Source: Eledone cirrhosa (lineage: Eukaryota). From it: DNA of 64,000 nt. Positions 32,606 to 44,700 of the stretch are shown piece after piece. Numbering within the stretch: position 1 is the first letter of the stretch; every line of letters begins with the position of its first letter. The translations under genes were made by a program, and so were the position numbers. The notes beneath the pieces are model-generated. The model had not been told where the DNA came from and searched no databases. It saw only the letters and a program-made list of their open reading frames with translations. The stretch spans positions 229,896,001-229,960,000 of the forward strand of contig OZ024741.1 in the NCBI GenBank assembly GCA_964016885.1. Reading direction: 5' to 3'.

Positions 32606-35450
32606 CTTACAAATATTCAGACATCACGACAGATGTACTTCACATCATTCTCCCCGCACGTAAAACCATCCTAGAGTTCAACAACGAATATTGGACCAGA
32701 GCTGATACCTCTAACAACTTTGACATCACAATGGGAGCATCCGATTCATCCCAATTGCCAGATTTAATTGGTATCTTTATTTTGAACTCTTTAAATCGGA
32801 AAATTCCTCAACTTCGCGGTGGAATTTATCGTGACGATAGACTTTTTACTATCTTAAATTGCAACATAGTTAACCTTAATATTATTAAGAACAATATACG
32901 TAATCTCTTTAACCAACATAACTTAAAAATTGAATTTGATAACAACATCAAACTAGCTAATTTCTTGGATGTATCTCTTAATCTTGACACTGGCCTATAT
33001 TACCCTTACCATAAAAACAATGAGAATCTAAATTATGTTAATTTTAAATCTAACCACCCCACTAATATCAAGAATGCTATAGTTAGTAATATTGGGAAAA
33101 GAATATCCAACCTATCATCTAATAAAAACATCTTTGATGCTAACGCCAATTACTATAATAACGCGCTTTCTAAAGCCGGTTATCCTGATAAAATCAAATA
33201 TAGTAAAGAAACAAATTCTAGAAGATCTTACAGTAGAATAATTAATCATGATCATTCCAATAACTTTAATAAAAGACCTAGATACAAAAACATAATCTGG
33301 TATAATGCTCCTTTCTCCATCTCTATTAATAATAATATTCCTAAATTATTCTTTAGTGCCTTAAATAAATGCTTCCCTCCCTCACATATCTATAGTAAAA
33401 TATTTAACAAACACACTATAACATTTTCCTATTCGACCTCCTCCAACATCTCCAACATTATCTCTAAACACAACAATAAAATACTAAATACTAAATCTCT
33501 TCCTTCCAACACTGAATATCATAATAATAGTAATAGTACTCCCGACGTCATTGTTAACTCTAGGCTAATTTCTGCAAACCCAAATACAACGTCAAACGCA
33601 ACTTCGTTAAATGTTCTTAATCCCAATCTAAATCAAGAAACTATTATTCCTATCATAAATAACTTCTCCAATCCAATTCCTTCTATAGATAACACTAGGT
33701 CACTTGTTAATAACTCTGTTAATTTCTCTAATCGCAATTGTAATTGCCCTGTTAAAAATAAATGTCCTCTCAACAACCATTGTCTTGAAAAAAACTTAAT
33801 CTATGAATGTAAAGTTATAACTGACACCAATTCCTTTACCCATTTTGGCTCCACTTCCACCTCCTTTAAAGCTCGTCTTTATAATCATCATTCGTCTTTT
33901 AAATACCAACTTAAAAGAATCAACACGGCACTCTCAGAACTCATATGGTCCTTGAAAGACAAAAATATTAACTACAACATCTCTTGGAGGAAGGTTTGTT
34001 CTGCTTCTCCATACTTGAAGACATGTAATCTCTGTTTATGTGAGAAATTTACCATTATATCTAATTTAGATTCTATAATAAATAGACGCACTGACTTGTT
34101 TTCTCTCTGCTTGCATAAATTCGACAGAACATTCCATAAAGTATACAGCTAATATCTAATACTTTACCAATTTAAAATCCTTTTTCTCAAAGGCACATAT
34201 ATATATACACATATATATATACATATTTCTTTAAAAATATACCCATCTTTCTACCTTATTTCAATGTTATTTATTATACATTATATGATACTAGTTACTC
34301 ATTCTATATCACTCCTATTTATCACTTCCCTTTCTTCCTTTTTCCTTTTTTCTTTAATTTCTAACCTCTAATCTGTACCTTTTCTTCCTAGATACTCCTC
34401 AATTCTCATTATTACTCACCACAATATATCCACTCTTCCTTCTTCCATCCTATCATTTGCCATAAAATTTACTATTACCCTTTTAAATAATTTATAGTAT
34501 CACCTTGAAAAATCCTTCCTAAACAGAAACACTTTTTTGACGTTAGATTATTCATCCTCAATTCATTATTTTTTTTATCCCTTTCATGTTTATCTAACTT
34601 CTACATATTACACATCACAACACATAAAATCAAACTTAAACCCTAACTAATCTCTTTTATTACATTATATTATTACCATTAGGAAATACTTCATAAACAT
34701 ACATATTTTGATGTTAAGGTCTTCTCCTTAAACACTATCTCCTCCTTTGCTTTCTTTGCTTTCTGCGCTCATTTGTAAACAAACTATTTACATATATTAA
34801 TTCATCCACTCTTCTACTTCTTTTCACAATATATACTTAATTACATTACTATTTTTATATTTTTTTAAATAATACATATCAATAATTTCTTTCCATCGCA
34901 CATATTATTAAACCCTTCAATATTCAAACCTTAACTTAATATTATTCTTAATACATATTAACAATTTCTTTTCATCGCACATATTATTAAACCCTTCAAT
35001 ATACAAACCTTAATTTAACATTATTCTTAAATTTTTCTCTTCGTTAATTTTCAAATTCTTTTAATTTATATATTATCTTTCAACGGTTTTTTAACCTCTC
35101 TCTGTAAAACAATATATTTTTCTCAGTTATAAAAACTATCTCTCTCTATCACCCATCTCTCCTCCTATCTCATCCTTCCTTATTATACTCCTCCCCCTCC
35201 ATTCTTTACTCTCATCTCCTCCTCTTTTTCACCCCCCCCCTCAATTTTTTCCCCAATATCACACATCAATCTAAACCTACTTTTCATATGTTGATTTAAA
35301 ACTGCACCATTCACAAGTGTTTTTTAACCTTCATATCATGTCTCCCTATTTTATCTGACGAAAACGCAAATGTCATCGCATGATGATATTTGTTTTTGAA
35401 ATGCGCATAATAAAATAAATGGAACTCTTTTAACCATCTTTTGATCTTAT
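32606..35450 (+). mobile_element. Penelope-like element (Neptune-type): RT C-terminal half, Cys linker, GIY-YIG and 3' pLTR/UTR
   Basis: ORF 32467-34152: FDITMGA, IYRDD, NFLDV, SNHP, IIWYNAPFS, CNCPVKNKCPLNNHCL, NLIYEC...THFGST.FKARLYNH, CNLCLCEK, CLH. An AT-rich 3' region ends at (TA)n near 35450. The nominal N-terminus (32467-32605) is read from the inverted segment. Confidence 0.92.
35347..35417 (+). ncRNA. Minimal type I hammerhead ribozyme of the Penelope element
   Basis: Stem I tattttat/ataaaata; core CTGACGA (35355-35361); stem II aaacgcaaatgtcatc-gcat-gatgatatttgttttt; GAAA (35398-35401); palindromic stem III region TGCGCA; AUA cleavage triplet. Confidence 0.85.
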
Positions 35451-35666
35451 ATATATATATATATATTAAAATAACAGATTAAAGTTTAAGCAAAGAATCG
35501 CTGCTTTCACCCTTAACGAGATCTTCTGAAACTAGCAAAGCCAATCTGAAAACGCAGAAGTGAATATTTCAAAAACGGTTGCAACCGGAGGAAGACAGGA
35601 AGCCGATACTTTGGTTCGTGGAAACGTTACCTGGCAAAGAACGGGAAAAAACGAATATAATACGTC

Positions 35667-36877
35667 ATTATTTGGAGCGGTGAAAAACAATTTCACGCAA
35701 AGACAGAACCACGTTTATGGTATAAAAGAAGTCGTAGACTAATATTCTCTTAGGTGGTTCATAGATACGTTCTCTGGCAATGAACGGAAAAAACGAAGAT
35801 AATACGTCATATGTGGAGCGTGGAGAACTATTACACGCAAAGACATAACCACGTAAATGGTATAACTGAAGTCGTAGACTAAAATTCTAACTAGGAAACC
35901 GAATGATTCTCCGCTTCAGAGTTAAGAATAAAGTAAATAAAATACAGAGGTAATTGAAATTAAATAAATACATACACGCATCCACATACGTACATGCACA
36001 AGCATACGCGAAAACACTCGCCATAGGTATACAAATACACGCATATATAAATGTGTGTGTGTGTATACAAATAATTAAATAAACGTATATAAATAAATAA
36101 ATACGTATATAACAAGCGCACACACATACCTACATGTAAAACCCAAATGTTCGGAGACGACGTCAACCAAAACACGAAGTACACATATACACGCACCCTA
36201 CATACGTACGAACCCGCATACTCACACAGACACAAAACACACGTATACACGTAACCAAAAGCATATGTACCAGATTATATAAAAAAATATACGCCATAAC
36301 ATATACAATCAAATATACGTACTAGAAAGTATACGTACTTTCACAAAACATACAGGTAGTACTTTGTGTTTTGGTTGACGTACGTCTCCGAACATTTGGG
36401 TTTTACATGTAGGTATGTGTGTGCGCTTGTTATATACGTATTTATTTATTTATATACGTTTATTTAATTATTTGTATACACGCACACACACATATTTATA
36501 TGTGCGTGTATTTATATACCTATGGCGAGTGTTTTCGCGTATGCTTGTGTATGTACGTATTTGGATGCATGTATGTATTTATTTAATTTCAATTACCTCT
36601 GTATTTTATTTACTTTATTCTTAACTCTGAAGCGGAGAATCATTCGGTTTCCTAGTTAGAATTTTAGTCTACGACTTCAGTTATACCATTTACGTGGTTT
36701 TGTCTTTGCGTGCAATTGTTCTCCACGCTCCACATATGACGTATTATCTTCGTTTTTTCCGTTCATTGCCAGAGAACGTCTCTATGAACCACCTAAGAGA
36801 ATATTAGTTTACGACTTCTTTTCTACCATAAACGTGGTTCTGTTTTTGCGTGTATTGTTTTTCACCGCTCCAAATAA
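35667..36877. repeat. Long inverted repeat (arms ~515 bp, spacer ~175 bp)
   Basis: 35667-36182 is the near-perfect reverse complement of 36359-36877; the mirrored ORFs 35887(-) and 36415(+) cover the same sequence. Confidence 0.95.
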
Positions 36878-37007
36878 TTGTTTCTACTTTAGGCACAAGG
36901 CCAGCAATTAACCAGTGCATTACTGGTACTTTATTTAGTCTTCAAATTTATTATTATTACTATATATATATGATAATAATGGAGCTGCGGCGCTGCAAAT
37001 GGGTTAC

Positions 37008-37698
37008 ATATGAAAAAGTTTGTCCTCATCAGTGGCCTTCCAACCGTCGTAGGCATTTCGTCGCATTAAAGGCCATATACCTCAGGTTGGTGCGAGCAAC
37101 GGCTAAAAAAAGTCGTTGGGACACGTAAATAAAGGGGACGCTAGGGTAAACAGACAAAATGGTTTAAGCAGCAGAAAGTGATGAAGAAACAAGTCCCAGA
37201 TTTCTATGAATATAAATTCGGTGGAATCGTGAACGAGAGAATAAAGACCATCAAACCTGGTTGAAATGTGAGCAAGGAAGGAATTTCGCACAGGTCTAAC
37301 GGGAGGAAGAAGGGTCTGGTCTGCGAATTCGGTAAACATAAGTTCTGTGAAGTCGCAGACGAGAGAGAGAGAAAAAAAATTCATATCGGCTTGGCCAAGT
37401 GCCCGCGAGAAAAGGATTACGGACAGGTCAAACGGGAAGAAAGGGGAGGAGGAGAGGTAGTGACAGAGAGTGAGTGAGTGAAAGGTGAGGAAGAGGCTAA
37501 CAGAGAGAGAGAGAGACTGCTAGAAAGGGTAAAGACACAAAGAACGTTAAACCATGTTGTCTGTTTACCCTAGCGTCCCCTTTATTTACGTGTCCCAACG
37601 ACTTTTTTTAGCCGTTGCTCGCACCAACCTGAGGTATATGGCCTTTAATGCGACGAAATGCCTACGACGGTTGGAAGGCCACTGATGAGGACACACTT

Positions 37699-37705
<7 letters not shown>
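37008..37705. repeat. Inverted repeat (arms ~155 bp, purine-rich spacer ~380 bp)
   Basis: 37008-37167 is the reverse complement of 37547-37705; both arms give the same peptide, [16 protein letters not shown].... Confidence 0.93.
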
Positions 37706-37746
<41 letters not shown>

Positions 37747-37799
37747 TCCTACATGGATATAAAGTAGTGGCCGTACTCGAAAACGAGTTGGCAGCCACC

Positions 37800-37832
<33 letters not shown>

Positions 37833-37844
37833 AATATATATATA

Positions 37845-37898
<54 letters not shown>
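37704..37898. repeat. (TA)n microsatellites flanking a 58-bp insert
   Basis: The insert ttctcctacatggatataaagtagtggccgtactcg resembles the reverse complement of 8140-8175 (RTE 5' end). Confidence 0.8.
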
Positions 37899-37903
<5 letters not shown>

Positions 37904-38267
37904 TTGTAGCTCTGAAATAGCAATATATATATGGATGTAAATATAATGTATTTTGCAATACACTTTATGCTTAATTAAAAGCATTTTGAAGACCGTAAGC
38001 TATTGTTTTAAAGTAGTGACAAATTCACTCACTTCGATCTCAGCAAACAGGAGGAGATAAGCCGACATGACATGTTTCGCTTTTGTTGAAGCTTATCAAG
38101 GCCAACTACCCCGCCCGTCCGCTGAGATCAATGATGTTATATTCTTATAGAAATCTAGTAAATAATCAGGAGCTGATTATGCAGAGCGGTTGTTGGTCAG
38201 GCAGAAATTAAAAATTAGAATTGTAGCTCTGAAATAGCAATATATATATTCTGCCTGACCAACAACC

Positions 38268-38588
38268 GAAATGAAATGAAATGAAATGAAATGAAATGAA
38301 ACGAAACGAAACGAAACGAAACGAAACGAAACGAAACGAAACGAAACGAAACGAAACGAAACGAAACGAAACGAAACGAAACGAAACGAAACGAAACGAA
38401 ACGAAACGAAACGAAACGAAACGAAACGAAACGAAACGAAACGAAACGAAACGAAACGAAACGAAACGAAACGAAACGAAACGAAACGAAACGAAACGAA
38501 ACGAAACGAAACGAAACGAAACGAAACGAAACGAAACGAAACGAAACGAAACGAAACGAAACGAAACGAAACGAAACGAAACGAAACG
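38268..38588. repeat. (GAAAT)n followed by a perfect (GAAAC)n pentanucleotide array
   Basis: Directly visible; the KRNET-repeat ORF is an artefact. Confidence 0.98.
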
Positions 38589-38760
38589 ATTATATAAATA
38601 ATTAATTATTTAATTAATTTAATTAATTTATATATAATTTAATTAATTAATTAAATTAATTAATTAAATTAATTAATTAAATTAATTAATTAAATTAATT
38701 AATTAAATTAATTAATTAAATTAAATTAAAATTTTATTTTATTTAATTAATTAATTAATT

Positions 38761-41700
38761 ACAAACCCGAACCCAAACCCAAACACAATCCCAAACCCAA
38801 ATCCAACTCCAAATCCAACCCCAAACCCAAACCCAACCCGAATCCAAACCCAAATCCAAACCCAAACCCAAACCCATACGCTAACCGAAACCGAAACCGA
38901 AACCGCAACTGATCCCAAATCCATAACCAAATCCGAATCCAAACCCAAACCCGAATCCAAACCCAAACCCAAACCCAAACCCAAATCCAAATCCAAATTC
39001 AAATCCAAACCCAAATCCAGACCCTAACCCAAATCCAAATCCAAACCCAAACCCAAACCCCAACCTAAACCCGCACCCGAACCCGCACCCAAACCAAAAC
39101 CCAAACCCAATCCCAAATCCAAATCCAAATCCAAACCCACAACCAAATCCAAATCCGAATCCAAACCCAAACCCAAATCCAAGCCCAAACCCAAGCAAAA
39201 TCCAAGCCCAAACCAAAACTCAAATCCAAACCCTAATCCAAATCCGAATCCGAATCCAAACCCAAATCCAAACCCAAACCCAAACCCAAACCCAAACCCA
39301 CACCCAATCCCAAACCCAAACCCAAACCCAAATCCAAATCCAAACCCAAACCCAAGCCGAAACCCAAATTCAAATCCAAAGCAAAATCAAACCCAAACCA
39401 AACCAAAACCCAAATCCAAACCCAAACCCAAACCCGCACCCGCCCCCAAACCAAAACCCAAACCCAATCCCAAATCCAAATCCAAATCAAAATCCAAACC
39501 CACAACCAAATCCAAATCCGAATCCAAACCCAAACCCAAATCCAAGCCCAAACCCAAGCAAAATCCAAGCCCAAACCCAAACTCAAATCCAAACCCTAAT
39601 CCAAATCCGAATCCAAATCCAAACCCAAACCCAAACCCAAACCCAAACCCGAATCCAAATCCAAATCCAAACCCAAACCCAAACCTAAATCCAAATCTAA
39701 ACCCAAACCCAAACCCAAACCACAATACAAATCCAAACCAAAACCCAAATCCATATCCAAATCCACACCAAAATCAAACAAACCCAAACCAAAACCAAAA
39801 CCCAGACCCAAACCCAAATCCAAATCCAAACCCAAACCCAAACCCAGACCCGAACCAGAATCCGAATCCAAACCCAAATCCAAACCCAAACCCAAACCCA
39901 AACCCGAACCAGAATCCGAATCCAAACCCAAATCCAAACCCAAACCCAAACCCAAACTCCAAACCCCAACCCCAACCCAAATCCAAATACAAACACAAAC
40001 CCAAATCCAAATCCAAATCCAAATTCAAATCCAAACCAAAATCCAACCCAAACCAAAACACAAACCCATACGCTAACCGAAACCGAAACCTAAACCGCAA
40101 CCGATCCCAAATCCATATCCAAATCCGAATCCAAACCCAATCCCGAATCCAAACCCAAACCCAAACACAAACCCAAATCCAAATCCAAATCCAAATCCAA
40201 ACCCAAATCCAGACCCTAACCCAAATCCAAATCCAAATCCAAACCCAAACCCAAACCCGCACCCAAACCCAAACCCAAACCCAATCCCAAATCCAAATCC
40301 AAATCCAAATCCAAACCCACAACCAAATCCAAATCCGAATCCAAACCCAAACCCAAATCCAAGCCCAAACCCAAGCAAAATCCAAGCCCAAACCCAAACT
40401 CAAATCCAAACCCTAACCCAAATCCGAATCCGAATCCAAACCCAAATCCAAACCCAAACCCAAACCCAAACCCACACCCAATCCCAAACCCAAACCCAAA
40501 CCCAAACCCAAATCCAAATCCAATCCCAAACCCAAGCCGAAACCCAAATTCAAATCCAAAGCAAAATCAAACCCAAACCAAACCAAAACCCAAATCCAAA
40601 CCCAAACCCAAACCCGCCCCCGCCCCAAACCAAAACCCAAACCCAATCCCAAATCCAAATCCAAATCCAAACCCACAACCAAATCCAAATCCGAATCCAA
40701 ACCCAAACCCAAATCCAAGCCCAAACCCAAGCAAAATCCAAGCCCAAACCCAAACTCAAATCCAAACCCTAATCCAAATCCGAATCTAAATCCAAACCCA
40801 AACCCAAACCCAAACCCAAACCCGAATCCAAATCCAAATCCAAACCCAAACCCAAACCTAAATCCAAATCTAAACCCAAACCCAAACCCAAACCACAATA
40901 CAAATCCAAACCAAAACCCAAATCCATATCCAAATCCACACCAAAATCAAACAAACCCAAACCAAAACCAAAACCCAGACCCAAACCCAAATCCAAATCC
41001 AAACCCAAACCCAAACCCAAACCCGAACCAGAATCCGAATCCAAACCCAAATCCAAACCCAAACCCAAACCCAAACCCGAACCAGAATCCGAATCCAAAC
41101 CCAAATCCAAACCCAAACCCAAACCCAAACCCAAACTCCAAACCCCAACCCCAACCCAAATCCAAATACAAACAGAAACCCAAATCCAAATCCAAATCCA
41201 AATTCAAATCCAAACCTAAATCCAACCCAAACCAAAACACAAACCCATACGCTAACCGAAACCGAAACCTAAACCGCAACCGATCCCAAATCCATATCCA
41301 AATCCGAATCCAAACCCAATCCCGAATCCAAACCCAAACCCAAACACAAACCCAAATCCAAATCCAAATCCAAATCCAGACCCAAATCCAGACCCTAACC
41401 CAAATCCAAATCCAAATCCAAACCCAAACCCAAACCCAAACCCGCACCCAAACCCAATCCCAAACCCGCACCCAAACCCAATCCCAAATCCAAATCCAAA
41501 TCCAAATCGAAACCCACAACCAAATCCAAATCCGAATCCAAACCCAAACCCAAATCCAAGCCCAAACCCAAGCAAAATCCAAGCCCAAACTCAAACTCAA
41601 ATCCAAACCCTAACCCAAATCTGAATCCGAATCCAAACCCAAATCCAAACCCAAACCCAAACCCAAACCCAAACCCACACCCGTCCCAAACCCAAACCCA

Positions 41701-44700
41701 AACCCAAACCCAAATCCAAATCCAAACCCAAACCCAAGCCGAAACCCAAATTCAAATCCAAACCCAAATCAAACCCAAACCAAACCAAAACCCAAAACCA
41801 AACCCAAACCAAAACCCAAATCCAAACCCAAACCCAAACCCGCACCCGCACCCGCACCCAAACCAAAACCAAAACCCAAACCCAATCCCAAATTCAAATC
41901 CAAATCCAAACCCACTACCAAATCCAAATCCGAATCCAAACCCAAACACAAATCCAAGCCCAAACCCAAGCAAAATCCAAGCCCAAACCCAAACTCAAAT
42001 CCAAACCCTAACCCAAATCCGAATCCAAATCAAAACCCAAATCCAAACCCAAACCCAAACCCAAACCCACACCCAATCCCAAACCCAAACCCAAACCCAA
42101 ATCCGAATCAAAACCCAAACCCAAACCCAAACCCAAATCCGAATCCGAATCCGAATCCGAAACCGAATCCAAACCCAAACCCGAATCCAAATCCAAATCC
42201 AAACCCAAACCCAAACCTAAATCCAAATCTAAACCCAAACCCAAACCCAAACCACAATACAAATCCAAACCAAAACCCAAATCCATATCCAAATCCAAAC
42301 CAAAATCAAACAAACCCAAACCCAAACCAAAACCCAGACCCAAACCCAAATCCAAATCCAAACCCAAACCCAAACCCAAACCCGAACCAGAATCCGAATC
42401 CAAACCCAAATCCAAACCCAAACCCAAACCCAAACCCAAAACCCCAACCCAAATCCAAATACAAACACAAACCCAAATCCAAATCCAAATCCAAATTGAA
42501 ATCCAAACCAAAATCCAACCCCAACCAAAACACAAACCCAAACCCAAATCCAAACCCAAACCCAAACAGAACCCGAACCCGAACCCAAACCCCAACCCAA
42601 ACCAAAATCCAAACACAAACCCGAACCCGAATCCGAATCCGAATCCAAACCCAAATCCAAACCCAAACCCAAACCCATACGCTAACCGAAACCGAAACCG
42701 AAACCGCAACCGATCCCAAATCCATATCCAAATCCGAATCCAAACCCAAACCCAAACCCAAACCCGAACCAGAATCCGAATCCAAACCCAAATCCAAACC
42801 CAAACCCAAACCCAAACTCCAAACCCCAACCCCAACCCAAATCCAAATACAAACAGAAACCCAAATCCAAATCCAAATCCAAATTCAAATCCAAACCAAA
42901 ATCCAACCCAAACCAAAACACAAACCCATACGCTAACCGAAACCGAAACCTAAACCGCAACCGATCAACCGATCCCAAATCCATATCCAAATCCGAATCC
43001 AAACCCAATCCCGAATCCAAACCCAAACCCAAACACAAACCCAAATCCAAATCCAAATCCAAATCCAAACCCAAATCCAGACCCTAACCCAAATCCAAAT
43101 CCAAATCCAAACCCAAACCCAAACCCAAACCCGCACCCAAACCCGCACCCAAACCCGCACCCAAACCCAATCCCAAATCCAAATCCAAATCGAAACCCAC
43201 AACCAAATCCAAATCCGAATCCAAACCCAAACCCAAATCCAAGCCCAAACCCAAGCAAAATCCAAGCCCAAACTCAAACTCAAATCCAAACCCTAACCCA
43301 AATCTGAATCCGAATCCAAACCCAAATCCAAACCCAAACCCAAACCCAAACCCAAACCCATACCCGTCCCAAACCCAAACCCAAACCCAAATCCAAATCC
43401 AAACCCAAACCCAAGCCGAAACCCAAATTCAAATCCAAACCCAAATCAAACCGAAACCAAACCAAAACCCGCACCCGCACCCGCACCCGCACCCAAACCA
43501 AAACCAAAACCCAAACCCAATCCCAAATCCAAATCCAAATCCAAATCCAAACCCACTACCAAATCCAAATCCGAATCCAAACCCAAACACAAATCCAAGC
43601 CCAAACCCAAGCAAAATCCAAGCCCAAACCCAAACTCAAATCCAAACCCTAACCCAAATCCGAATCCAAATCAAAACCCAAATCCAAACCCAAACCCAAA
43701 CCCAAACCCACACCCAATCCCAAACCCAAACCCAAACCCAAATCCGAATCAAAACCCAAACCAAAACCCAAACCCAAATCCGAATCCGAATCCGAATCCG
43801 AAACCGAATCCAAACCCAAACCCGAATCCAAATCCAAATCCAAACCCAAACCCAAACCTAAATCCAAATCTAAACCCAAACCCAAACCCAAACCACAATA
43901 CAAATCCAAACCAAAACCCAAATCCATATCCAAATCCAAACCAAAATCAAACAAACCCAAACCCAAACCCAAACCCAGACCCAAACCCAAATCCAAATCC
44001 AAACCCAAACCCAAACCCAAACCCGAACCAGAATCCGAATCCAAACCCAAATCCAAACCCAAACCCAAACCCAAACCAAAAACCCCAACCCCAACCCAAA
44101 TCCAAATACAAACACAAACCCAAATCCAAATCCAAATCCAAATTCAAATCCAAACCAAAATCCAACCCCAACCAAAACCCAAACCCAAACCCAAATCCAA
44201 ACCCAAACCCAAACAGAACCCGAACCCGAACCCAAACCCAAACCCAAACCAAAATCCAAACCCAAACCCGAACCCGAATCCGAATCCGAATCCAAACCCA
44301 AATCCAAACCCAAACCCAAACCCATACGCTAACCGAAACCGAAACCGAAACCGCAACCGATCCCAAATCCATATCCAAATCCGAATCCAAACCCAAACCC
44401 GAATCCAAACCCCAACCCAAACCCAAACCCAAATCCAAATCCAAATCCAAACCCAAATCCAGACCCTAACCCAAATCCAAATCCAAATCCAAACCCAAAG
44501 CCAAACCCGCACCCGCACCCGCACCCGCACCCAAACCAAAACCCAAACCCAATCCCAAATCCAAATCCAAATCCAAACCCACAACCAAATCCAAATCCGA
44601 ATCCAAACCCAAACCCGAACCAGAATCCGAATCCAAACCAAAATCCAAACCCAAACCCAAACCAAAAACCCCAACCCCAACTCAAATCCAAATACAAACA

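Noticed and set aside
32467-34152. 561-aa ORF as an intact or domesticated gene
   Set aside because: The N-terminus comes from the inverted segment, the first RT motifs are missing from this frame, and the GIY-YIG motif is altered; best read as a retroelement remnant.
38296-38601. KRNET-repeat protein
   Set aside because: Translation of a pure (GAAAC)n microsatellite.
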